NCBI GenBank assembly: GCA_030753015.1
Contig: JASMDC010000042.1
Location: 1-25,331, forward strand
Direction: 5' to 3'
DNA from: Candidatus Undinarchaeales archaeon
GTDB taxonomy: Archaea; SpSt-1190; JASMDC01
Length of the DNA: 25,331 nt
Every line of letters begins with the position of its first letter. The stretch's first letter is position 1. The position numbers and the translations under genes were made by a program. Below, in pieces: positions 17,176-25,331 of this stretch. Below the pieces are notes generated by a model that ran no database searches, had not been told where the DNA came from, and saw nothing but the letters and a program-made list of their open reading frames with translations.

Positions 17176-18039
17176 ATGATGGCCGAAGAAACCACCGATA
17201 CGACCGGAGATGAAGTGGAGGTCATCGACAGGAGGACGTTGCTCAACCGACTGGCCGCTCTAGGTATCGGACTGGTCGGGCTTCGGCTCCTCAGTGACGG
17301 GCAGCTGCTGCGCGTTCTCCAGAGCGCCGAGCGGGAGCCCGAGGTGGCTTCAGCTCTATCAAAGAACAGTGGTGATCGTGTGGTGGTCTCAAAGGGAAAC
17401 GCAACCGACCTGGATCCGAACGCCTCGCCCGAGGCGATACCTGCCGTGGGGGAGCTCGTCATCAGCCCCGACACTCGGCGGGACAACCGCGTACCGCCCG
17501 GCCAGCGCCTGACGACAGGGTTCCCGATCACAGGTGCCGGTCCTATCCACCGCATCGATCCGGGCCACTGGACCTTCTCGATCACTGGGCTCGTAGAGGA
17601 AGAACGAGAGCTCCCCTTCAAGGAGTTCGTTTCCCTCGAGCATGTCAAGGTGCTCTCGGACATCCATTGTGTCACGACATGGTCACGATTGGACAACGTG
17701 TGGGAAGGTATCTCCACGCGGGCGATCAAGGACCTCATCGACATACGGCCAGAAGCCCGTTTCGTCATGGTCCATGCGGCAGGCGGGTTCAGTGCGAACT
17801 TGCCACTGGAGGACTTCTTCGAAGAGGACGTGCTGTTCGCCATCAAGCACAACGATAAGGAGCTGACCCCCGAGCACGGCTACCCCGTCCGCCTCGTCGT
17901 GCCACGGCTGTACTTCTGGAAGAGCGCCAAGTGGGTCACGGGTATCGAGTTCATAGCGGAGAACAAGCCCGGCTACTGGGAATCGCTCGGCTACCACATC
18001 CGCGGGGATCCCTGGAAAGAGGAGCGGTACAGTGGATAG
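17176..18039 (+). CDS. Sulfite-oxidase-family molybdopterin-dependent oxidoreductase with Tat-like signal
   Basis: IDRRTLLNRLAALGIG twin-arginine segment, RVPPGQ, DIHCVTTWS, HGYPVRLVVPRLYFWKSAKWV and GYWESLGYH motifs. The ORF-track start 16978 is probably too long. Confidence 0.9.
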   Translation: MMAEETTDTTGDEVEVIDRRTLLNRLAALGIGLVGLRLLSDGQLLRVLQSAEREPEVASALSKNSGDRVVVSKGNATDLDPNASPEAIPAVGELVISPDTRRDNRVPPGQRLTTGFPITGAGPIHRIDPGHWTFSITGLVEEERELPFKEFVSLEHVKVLSDIHCVTTWSRLDNVWEGISTRAIKDLIDIRPEARFVMVHAAGGFSANLPLEDFFEEDVLFAIKHNDKELTPEHGYPVRLVVPRLYFWKSAKWVTGIEFIAENKPGYWESLGYHIRGDPWKEERYSG

Positions 18040-18099
18040 AGTCCCGTTCGGAAGTCTGATGGGACGTTCACGGAACGACGACGGGGAGCGAGCCCCGAT

Positions 18100-19251
18100 T
18101 CACGTGTCTTTCTTGGCTACCGATTCAGGGGACAAGCGCTTGTAGAACACATGCCATGTCCGGTTACCTATGTAGTTATGGAGCGTTGTGCGGATGCGAT
18201 ACCGATGCTCACGAAGAACGGTCGTGAGCATACCGCGTGCGGGAACGTGGGCGAACACCTTGGCGATACCCTTCTTGGTAAAATGGTGTTCACATCGTTC
18301 CACCAGGCGAGCTGACGCTTCTTGGGCGAGCGGTCCGTCCATCTCCATGATGGCCGATTCGATGAATCCGCAGTCGTCCTGGATCGCGGCAATGAGCCGT
18401 CCGACACGCTTGTTTCCTAGGTTGGCCGATAGCGTGGTCGTGGCACGACCCGAGGTCCCGCTCGCCCGCGAGGACTCAGTCAGGATCGAGAGCTCGTCAC
18501 GGGGCACGAGAAGGAGGCGGTCCGGTTTGAGCGTCGTGTCCACACCATGGAACGGTGCATGGACGCGACGAAGGAGAAGTAGGACATTGTCCCGGATATA
18601 CGTGAGCACTTGGGGCCGGACGTCGGGGTCTATGTCCTCGGCTAGGATGACGCCGGTCCGCATCCCATGGGTGAAGAGCTCTCTGATAATAGGATAGGGG
18701 ACCGGTGGGGCCGGGAGCTCACGCCGCGGGATCACCGCCTTCCGGGGCCGTTCCTTCGGTAAGACCGTCCCCTTGGGGACATAATAGGCACGCCGGGATG
18801 ACTCGCGGATCTTCACAAGTTCCCGGGAGCGTACGAACCGGCGATAGACGCTGGCGAATGAGAGGTATCTGCGGTGCGTGGAAGGAAGATTCCTGCCGTA
18901 GACCGCCTTGATCGCGGCTTTGTAAGTGAGCTTTCCGTCGCGTGCGAGGACCTTGTCGAGCTTGGTGTACGCAGCCTCGTCCCGTTTGACACGACGGGCA
19001 TATCGTGGACTGCGTCCCCTTTTTTTCGCTGACAAAGGTACGAAGACGAGCCGTCCTTTCGAGCGCCTGCCACGGCATAGGCTCATCTCCCTCACGAACT
19101 GGTCATAGAAAGGACGCAGCTCAAGATAACCGGGCGAACTGGAGCTGAGGCGATGGCCGAACACTGCGTTGACTGCCTCGGTGTAGGTAAGTCGGCCGTT
19201 CTGGTGCAACAGATGCCGGAGAGTGGTGAACACGCAATCCCTTTCGAGCAC
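18100..19251 (-). CDS. Hypothetical basic protein: two repeated N-terminal domains plus a GNAT-like C-terminal domain
   Basis: Internal repeat (LTYxxAxxAV[FY]G...YL...YxxFVR...VP). The C-terminal ARLVERCEHHFTKKGIAKVFAHV pattern is GNAT-like. TATAAAA about 24 nt upstream of GTG 19251. Confidence 0.72.
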   Translation of the reverse strand: MLERDCVFTTLRHLLHQNGRLTYTEAVNAVFGHRLSSSSPGYLELRPFYDQFVREMSLCRGRRSKGRLVFVPLSAKKRGRSPRYARRVKRDEAAYTKLDKVLARDGKLTYKAAIKAVYGRNLPSTHRRYLSFASVYRRFVRSRELVKIRESSRRAYYVPKGTVLPKERPRKAVIPRRELPAPPVPYPIIRELFTHGMRTGVILAEDIDPDVRPQVLTYIRDNVLLLLRRVHAPFHGVDTTLKPDRLLLVPRDELSILTESSRASGTSGRATTTLSANLGNKRVGRLIAAIQDDCGFIESAIMEMDGPLAQEASARLVERCEHHFTKKGIAKVFAHVPARGMLTTVLREHRYRIRTTLHNYIGNRTWHVFYKRLSPESVAKKDT

Positions 19252-19294
19252 TGGTCGTGGCTGTGGCGCCCGTGTTTTATATGTTTGAGCCAGT

Positions 19295-20233
19295 TCAGTA
19301 TTCGTAGTCGAGTTTTTCCGTCCCGAACGTCTGTTCACCACATTCCGAACAGTACTTGGAACCCTCTTGCTCGAGTGTGCAGTCAGGGCACATCCATCGC
19401 CCGCACGCAAAGCACTGCTCGGGGGCCTCGGTAGTATTCCCGCATACGGCACACTCTCTAATGGACACAAGAGCATCCATGGAATAATAAACCGCGGCGG
19501 CCGTGAGCAGGACGAGCAGAACCACGATGACCAGAATGATCTGATTCTGCATCATCAGCTCCCACACGGTCTCCGCTGGGACTGGGGTCGTCGAGCCCTG
19601 GGCTATGTCTTCCAGGGTCTCGTTCGTGATCCTTAGCTCGATGTCCTGGATGAACGCCATGTGAGAAGGACCTCTGCCGGTCGTCAAGGGTTCCAGAACG
19701 ACGAAGTTCTCCCCCTTGGTGACCTTGCAGTTGTTCTTGTTCTTGAGCTCTTCTTTGCGGAACTCCGAGGCGAAGAGCTTCTTGCAGTCCAACTCGAGAC
19801 GACCTTCGCAGTCGAGCATGACGCTGTCGATGTGGCAGCATTGATCCTCATAGTCCGGATCTGTGCATACCTTCACGGAGAAGGATGCGTGCTGCGACAG
19901 TTTGATCCGTGAACCCTCCCTCACGGTGTAGATTGTCACTGTGTCGATGAACTTCTCATCGAGGACATCGAACACGTACGTGAGCCGGTCGTGCACACTA
20001 GTGGGTCCGATTATACCGACTGCACCTGTCTTGCTCTCCGGGCCGCAAAGCCGGCCCTCGGCCGTGGACGGGCATGGGCCGATTATCTTCTCCCTGTTCG
20101 TTTCACCTAGAAAGTAGACTGAATCGCCTTCTAGCACAGGGGCCTGTGCCTGGGCGACGATGGTGAGGATGATCAAGCAGAGGATGATGTGTCTTGCGAC
20201 ATGCCTACTGCTAAGTGATCGTTCTCCTCCCAT
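19295..20233 (-). CDS. Type I membrane protein: signal peptide, Cys-containing ectodomain, TM helix and C-terminal 4xCxxC zinc finger
   Basis: HIILCLIILTIVAQAQA signal, IILVIVVLLVLLTAAAVYY TM helix, and CAVC-CFAC-CPDC-CSEC. TTTATATA about 25 nt upstream of ATG 20233. Confidence 0.8.
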   Translation of the reverse strand: MGGERSLSSRHVARHIILCLIILTIVAQAQAPVLEGDSVYFLGETNREKIIGPCPSTAEGRLCGPESKTGAVGIIGPTSVHDRLTYVFDVLDEKFIDTVTIYTVREGSRIKLSQHASFSVKVCTDPDYEDQCCHIDSVMLDCEGRLELDCKKLFASEFRKEELKNKNNCKVTKGENFVVLEPLTTGRGPSHMAFIQDIELRITNETLEDIAQGSTTPVPAETVWELMMQNQIILVIVVLLVLLTAAAVYYSMDALVSIRECAVCGNTTEAPEQCFACGRWMCPDCTLEQEGSKYCSECGEQTFGTEKLDYEY

Positions 20234-20307
20234 TCTGACATTCACTCTCTTTCTTAGTATATAAAATTCCTTCCACTTCCGACGGTCGGAGTTAACCTTC
20301 ATAAATC

Positions 20308-20499
20308 ATGAGAGAGAATACCATGGCAATGGGGGCCACGGATATGGAGAACGAAAAATTCGAATCTTACATGGCCGAACCCCACAAGATGGGGAACGTG
20401 TTCGAGCAACTGGCTGAACGTGAACGTGACATGTGGATGTGCGAGCTGTACAAGGAGATCGAGCGAGACAACCACTTCTATTCCGTAGGTTGGCTATAG
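20308..20499 (+). CDS. Small hypothetical protein
   Basis: 63-aa ORF filling the gap, with TATA-like elements upstream. No motif recognised. Confidence 0.45.
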   Translation: MRENTMAMGATDMENEKFESYMAEPHKMGNVFEQLAERERDMWMCELYKEIERDNHFYSVGWL

Positions 20500-20557
20500 A
20501 TCGCCATCCCCACCCCCTAGGTTCACTTTATATTGTTTGACCTAGTCTGGGGATTCG

Positions 20558-21265
20558 ATGGCCAAGGGCGAGTCGGATAGTAAGAAAGGCCTTGTTGATG
20601 AGAAGAAGCGGATCCTTTCAGAGCTCCTGAAGGTGGAGAAGGAGGAGCTCCGTATCGCTGAGACGGAGCGGAAGCTCGCCCTGGACATCAAGACCATCGA
20701 AGCAGGGGAGAGTCGTATCGAAGAGGCGACACGCCGGATTTCTGACACGGAGAGTCGTCTCACTCAAACCGAGCGCAAGCTCGAGCGGGACCTCTCCAAG
20801 GTCGCAGCCGGGGAGAAACGCATCGAGGCCGAAGAGATCAAGATCGAGGCAGCCGAGGAGAAGATCGAAGAAGGTATCCGGAAGCTGGCCAAGGAAGAGC
20901 GCAAGATCGAGGCCGAGGAACGCAAGATCGAGGCCGTCGAGAAGAACCTTGAGAAGAACATCGAGAAGCTTGCCAAAGAAGAGAAGCGGATCGAGGTCGA
21001 GGAGCGCAAGATCGAGGAAGCAGAGAAGAAGATTTCCGACGATATCAAGACCATCGAGGAGAAGGAAGACGAGATCATTCGCACCGAGAAGCGCCTCGTC
21101 GAGACCGAGGAGTTCCTTCGCCACGAGACCAAGGTCATCGAGTTCCTTGCCTTCATGGGCATCCTCTTTCTCGTTATGATACTTGCGGCCCTGGGATTCT
21201 ATGTCTTCTCGGGCGGTATCATCCCGGCAGCCCCACCCGTGAACTCTACCCCAATCCCTCCGTGA
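20558..21265 (+). CDS. Membrane-anchored coiled-coil heptad-repeat protein
   Basis: Repeated E[RK][KR]IExx heptads, C-terminal TM helix FLAFMGILFLVMILAALGFYV, and TTTATA about 25 nt upstream. Confidence 0.85.
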   Translation: MAKGESDSKKGLVDEKKRILSELLKVEKEELRIAETERKLALDIKTIEAGESRIEEATRRISDTESRLTQTERKLERDLSKVAAGEKRIEAEEIKIEAAEEKIEEGIRKLAKEERKIEAEERKIEAVEKNLEKNIEKLAKEEKRIEVEERKIEEAEKKISDDIKTIEEKEDEIIRTEKRLVETEEFLRHETKVIEFLAFMGILFLVMILAALGFYVFSGGIIPAAPPVNSTPIPP

Positions 21266-21426
21266 GCCGTGTACGAACGTGAGGACCTGTCACCCAAGCC
21301 CCTAGCCGGAGGCATGGATGTCGTTGGAACATGATGCGGGGGGCGTTTGCCACTCTATAGGGGTTACAATAAAGGAAAACTATATAAACAACAAATGATA
21401 ATAGTATCATCGGGTGTGGGTTTAAG

Positions 21427-23112
21427 ATGACTAATTCGCTTGATGTTGATGATCTGAAGGCCGATGTGAAGGAAGCGGCCAAACGCGTAAAGGGGGTCAT
21501 CGACAAGGGAGGAAAGATCCTCGTTGTCAGCCACAGCGGCGATACCGATGGTGAGACCGGAGGTGCAATCGCTCTAAAGGGCATCTCCCGCGCCTATGGA
21601 TTTGACAAGCCCTATCTCTGGGACAACAGGGACGGTACCTTCGACGTGAAGGGAACACAGGGCAAGATCGACTACATGCCCGCCTCCTACAATCCCGACT
21701 CAGTGGAAAAGGTCGTCGAAATGGCCAATACAGGCGAGTACGACATGGTGCTCGCGTTCGACTGGGGTTCCGGCCTGCTCCGCTCGCTCTCGAAGATCGA
21801 CAACAAGGTCAGCGTGATCCTAGGTGACCACCATACTCAGGACATCACCGAAAAGGAGCGGCAGAAGCCCGAGTACCAGAACATCCTGGAGATCAACCCG
21901 AACCGGTACGGTCTCGACGAGGGCAAGGACGCCTGTGGCGCTTCTCTCTCTTATCTGGTCGCCAAGAGCGTAGATCCGCGGAACAAGGACCTGGCCGGCC
22001 TGGCCGTCCTCGGCGCTAAGGGGGATATGCAGGACTTCAGACGCGACGGGCTCGAGGGCGATATCTACAAAGAGATAGTCGCTGACGCCGGTTCATCGAC
22101 GGGATCGCACAAGGTCACTGCCGAGAAGGGCTTCATCGTTTACGGACGGGACACCATAGAGCTTCCCAAGCAGCTTCTCACCTACTACAACAGATCCGGT
22201 CCTCTCACACGTGCTCTGGTGCAGAACCACGGGCTCGACTCGGACATTAGTCGTCGCAGGCTGCTCACAGCGTTCGGAAAGATCATGAAGGACGACTGGG
22301 GCATGGACGTGACCGACAAGACGCTCTCACAGCTCTCCGACAAGGAGCAGAAGCAGATGTTCGACAACGTCTACAGGGAGCTCACGACCAGCGGTTACAA
22401 GATAGATAAGGCCAAGTTCGAGGACGAGATAACTGGCACGCTCTACACGTTCAACAACCAGCCCGAGGGTACCAAGTGGCACAACGCCAACGAATACTCC
22501 ACCATCACCTCTGCCTGCTCGAAGATGAACGAGCACGCCACCGCGATCAACGCTCTCCTCGAGCACGCCCAGTCGAAGGACCGGGCAGAGAACACGGTGT
22601 ACAAGGGCTACAAGCGCGCGATCGGCAGGGCTCTCGGCCAGGTCAAGTACGAGGACCGTGACGATATCCGCGTTGCCGATGCCTCTGGCCACAGGGCCAC
22701 TATCACCGGTATCCTTGCAGGCATCTACGTGGATGACGACTTCGAAAAGCCCATGGTCAGCGTCGTCTACTCCAAGCTCCCTAACGGTGGCTACAAGGGC
22801 TCGGTCCGCAGACCTGTGGATTCGCCCCTCTCCTGTTCGGACATGTGCCGCATCGCCGAGACCTACGGAGGTGAGGGCGGCGGCCACCCGTTCGCGGCCG
22901 GGTTCTTTGCTCCCGATGAGAAGGCCCTGGGCAGCATCCTCAAAGACATGGAGGCCTATGCCAAGCAGGGCGGCGGCTCGTACGCGAGCAGCACCCCTGG
23001 TGCCAGCCTCAAACCCTACGAGCAGTTCGTCATGCCCGGGTCCGGGTCGATAAGCGGAAAGGACAACCACGTCCCGATCGATGCACCCGCAGAGGGCTAC
23101 CAGATCGGCTAG
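21427..23112 (+). CDS. Archaeal RecJ-like DHH exonuclease (GAN/HAN/Cdc45-related family)
   Basis: SHSGDTDG, FDWGSG, GDHH, INPNRYGLDEGKDACGA, LAVLGAKGDMQD, GSVR and GGGHPFAAG motifs. Confidence 0.85.
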   Translation: MTNSLDVDDLKADVKEAAKRVKGVIDKGGKILVVSHSGDTDGETGGAIALKGISRAYGFDKPYLWDNRDGTFDVKGTQGKIDYMPASYNPDSVEKVVEMANTGEYDMVLAFDWGSGLLRSLSKIDNKVSVILGDHHTQDITEKERQKPEYQNILEINPNRYGLDEGKDACGASLSYLVAKSVDPRNKDLAGLAVLGAKGDMQDFRRDGLEGDIYKEIVADAGSSTGSHKVTAEKGFIVYGRDTIELPKQLLTYYNRSGPLTRALVQNHGLDSDISRRRLLTAFGKIMKDDWGMDVTDKTLSQLSDKEQKQMFDNVYRELTTSGYKIDKAKFEDEITGTLYTFNNQPEGTKWHNANEYSTITSACSKMNEHATAINALLEHAQSKDRAENTVYKGYKRAIGRALGQVKYEDRDDIRVADASGHRATITGILAGIYVDDDFEKPMVSVVYSKLPNGGYKGSVRRPVDSPLSCSDMCRIAETYGGEGGGHPFAAGFFAPDEKALGSILKDMEAYAKQGGGSYASSTPGASLKPYEQFVMPGSGSISGKDNHVPIDAPAEGYQIG

Positions 23113-23327
23113 AGATGCGAGCGCACCCTAGCACTCATCACACCCCAGGTAGATAGCATGGCGCGGTGACGGTCGTCCCACAACACCCACCCGATGGCCA
23201 CCACCCCGCCATCCCTGTCTGCAATCGTGGTGCGCTGGCAGGATAGCCGTACCGCACGAAGGTGCTGGCCTGCGTCCGTCACCTTGCGAGGTCGGGCGTC
23301 GAGACGTGACCTTTTTCAATCTAGCTG

Positions 23328-23672
23328 GTGATAGAGGTACCGATGGTTCCCCCCGAGCAGATCCAGGTGAGATGTCCCGGTTGTGGAGTGAGGATGGGTG
23401 AAGCGCACAACCGTGCATGCATGATCCCCATCTGCTCCGTGTGCGGAGATCCTTTGAACCAGTGTGGGCACTTCCCCGAGGGCAACACCGTGTGGAACGG
23501 CATCCAGCACCGGGAGGAGGTGCTCGTTGCCGAGCTGCTCGGTCTATTCGTGAAGTGGACCGGGAGCGAATGGGTGACCTGTCCTCCCGAGGATCCGGGG
23601 GCCCGATACGATCTCATACGTGCCTCGATGGTCATCAAGAAGGCTCTCAGGAAGATACGGGGCAAGATATAA
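23328..23672 (+). CDS. Small Cys/His-rich putative zinc-binding protein
   Basis: CPGCG-x5-H-x3-C-x4-CSVC-x6-CGH motif. Start is GTG 23328 or ATG 23343. Confidence 0.7.
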   Translation: MIEVPMVPPEQIQVRCPGCGVRMGEAHNRACMIPICSVCGDPLNQCGHFPEGNTVWNGIQHREEVLVAELLGLFVKWTGSEWVTCPPEDPGARYDLIRASMVIKKALRKIRGKI

Positions 23673-23752
23673 CTACGAGCAGTCTACCTGGACGGCGGAA
23701 GCGAGTGCTCTACATACCGGGAGTGAATCCTTTCCGAAGGTAACGATCCCCA

Positions 23753-24763
23753 CTAGAGCGATTCTAGGATGAAGCCGTTCTCCATCACGTCGGTCGCGGG
23801 CAGGTCCTGGGGCTTGAGCGAAGGCTTCCGCGCCCTGGACCGGTTCCTCCGAGCGCGTCGCTCGCCCGGCGGCTCGAGGTTAAGGTGCTCCTTGAGCTCA
23901 TGGTACCGGTTGCGCAGCGTGATCTCCGTGATACCTGCCACGGAAGCGGCCTGCTTCTGGGTGAAGCCCATCCCCTTGATCCTCGCTGCGAGGTAGAGGG
24001 CTGCGAGAGCGATGCCCTTGGGATCCTTACCGTTTGTGATGTTCGTTTGCTCGGCAGCGCGGGTGATGCGGACTGCCTCCATCTCGACATCACGCGGTAG
24101 TTCCAATGCCGAGGCATACTTGGGGATGAAATCCTCCGGAGAGGCTGGTGTGATCTTGATGCCGAGGCCTCGCGATACGAGCCGATGGGCCTTCCCGATG
24201 TCACGCTTGGGGATGCGGAACACCTGTGAGAGGTCCTTGAGGGTCACAGGGCACTTGTTCTGCTTGCATACGGCGTAGAGAACGCCCGCGAGCACGCATT
24301 CTGACGAGCGGCCGCGGATGCCACGCTTCTTGAGGAAGTTCCGGTAGAGGAAGGCGGCCTGCTCCTCGACGATGCGGGGCAGGTTGAGGAAGGATGTCGC
24401 GCGAGTGAGCTCCGTGAGCCCCTCCTTGAGCGTCACGTCCTTTGATGGCGTGGAGAACCTGTTCTGCCATTTGCTCAAACGCTGGTACTGGTTTCGCATC
24501 TGTCCGTTGGGCAGTTTGTTGAGGTCTGCGGACGTACCGATCTTGGTAGCGAGTCCGCCATCATGCTTGGTGAGCGAGAGTGGAGCTCCTACGCGCTCCT
24601 TATCGTTACTGGAGTCATCGCTGAACGATCTCCATTCCTTATTGGTGTCCACCATCGATTCGCTAATGACGAGACCACAGGATGAACAGATGAGCTCGGC
24701 ACGGATGGCGTCGTTTTGAAGATTGTTGGAACCGCATTCAGGACAGTCGTTGATGAACTCCAT
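23753..24763 (-). CDS. tfb: Transcription initiation factor IIB (TFB)
   Basis: CPECGS...CSSCGLVI zinc ribbon, EWRSF B-reader, RVGAP, and two cyclin repeats (GRSSECV, GKDPKGIA, ITEITLRNRY). ATG 24763 lies about 27 nt after TATATAAG. Confidence 0.96.
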   Translation of the reverse strand: MEFINDCPECGSNNLQNDAIRAELICSSCGLVISESMVDTNKEWRSFSDDSSNDKERVGAPLSLTKHDGGLATKIGTSADLNKLPNGQMRNQYQRLSKWQNRFSTPSKDVTLKEGLTELTRATSFLNLPRIVEEQAAFLYRNFLKKRGIRGRSSECVLAGVLYAVCKQNKCPVTLKDLSQVFRIPKRDIGKAHRLVSRGLGIKITPASPEDFIPKYASALELPRDVEMEAVRITRAAEQTNITNGKDPKGIALAALYLAARIKGMGFTQKQAASVAGITEITLRNRYHELKEHLNLEPPGERRARRNRSRARKPSLKPQDLPATDVMENGFILESL

Positions 24764-24949
24764 TGGAGATACCCGTCGAAATTTAGCCCTTATATATGTT
24801 TTCTTTTGTGCGAAAGTTTCAGGCCGCATACCATAATTTCACGAAGTATTACGATGACCCCGTTCATTGTTCTCACGCTGTTAATTAATGGAGAGACGCC
24901 CGCAGATAATCGACGCCTTTTTAAACTCAGCCTTTCCCATTTGGTCGGG

Positions 24950-25331
24950 ATGGAATTGCTCAACATCCTTGCCCTCATCGTCTTAGGGGCCTTGGTTGTG
25001 TATATTATCAACGAGCGGCGTGCCTTGTACTTCCCAAGTACGCGTCGTATAGTGGACACAATAGCCGATTTTGCTCAAATAACGGATGGGGACGTGGCCG
25101 TTGACCTCGGGGCCGGAGATGGCCGCGTATGTATAGAATTGGCTCAACGAGGAGCTGTATGCATTGGTATAGAGCGAAATCCTTTCCTTTTCTGGAGGGC
25201 AATGAAAAAGGTAGATGCAACGGATGTCAAGGATAGGATCACGCTCGTCAAGCAGGACCTCAATGAATATGACCTGTCAGGTGCGACCGTTGTCGTGGCG
25301 TTCCTCTCCCAGACCACCACATACCCGCTCA
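24950..25331 (+). CDS. Class I SAM-dependent methyltransferase with N-terminal TM helix (FAM173/aKMT-like), partial
   Basis: Not in the ORF track. Translated by hand: MELLNILALIVLGALVVYII...YFPSTRRIV...VDLGAGDGRV...GIERNPF...YDLSGATVVVAFL. TTTTTAAA about 25 nt upstream. Runs off the window edge. Confidence 0.88.
   Translation, partial: MELLNILALIVLGALVVYIINERRALYFPSTRRIVDTIADFAQITDGDVAVDLGAGDGRVCIELAQRGAVCIGIERNPFLFWRAMKKVDATDVKDRITLVKQDLNEYDLSGATVVVAFLSQTTTYPL

Noticed and set aside
20800-21060. Short DNA repeats resembling a CRISPR array or VNTR
   Set aside because: They are in-frame codon repeats of the coiled-coil protein, with no constant repeat and unique spacer structure.
23128-23418. 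96-aa minus-strand ORF ending CDEC
   Set aside because: It overlaps the better-supported plus-strand Zn-binding gene and has non-coding-like composition.
1-25331. Integrated mobile element, tRNA or rRNA
   Set aside because: I saw no integrase, transposase, terminal repeats or structural-RNA signatures by eye. A covariance-model search was not possible.

Overview
GC-rich archaeal chromosomal window (TFB gene, PriS-type primase, archaeal RecJ-like DHH proteins, TATA promoters with mostly short or absent leaders). Left to right: the 5' end of a trp operon (trpE-trpG-trpD, minus strand), a DHH phosphoesterase, a lipoprotein, a PriS-family primase with a long C-terminal extension, MscS, two tandem-duplicated acidic Gly-rich membrane proteins, and an operon of cyclase + three-subunit xanthine-dehydrogenase-family molybdoenzyme + nitroreductase (+ PfpI). 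Then come a DUF5591-like protein, a Tat-type sulfite-oxidase-family enzyme, several hypothetical proteins, a second RecJ-like DHH protein, TFB and a partial SAM methyltransferase. The standout signal is the trpE 5' end. The TrpE frame has no ATG/GTG/TTG upstream of its conserved SFLLES motif. The first ATG after the promoter opens a 16-codon leader (MKRRDHLWRRRKEAQR*) whose single Trp codon sits in a prfB/Ty1-like slippery context (AGGAGG..CUU UGG C), and a +1 slip there enters the TrpE frame. This suggests tryptophan-starvation-triggered programmed frameshifting as a regulatory switch. It is an inference and needs read-level and comparative checks. A perfect TGTACA-N4-TGTACA (TrpY-type TRP box) palindrome lies just upstream of the promoter.
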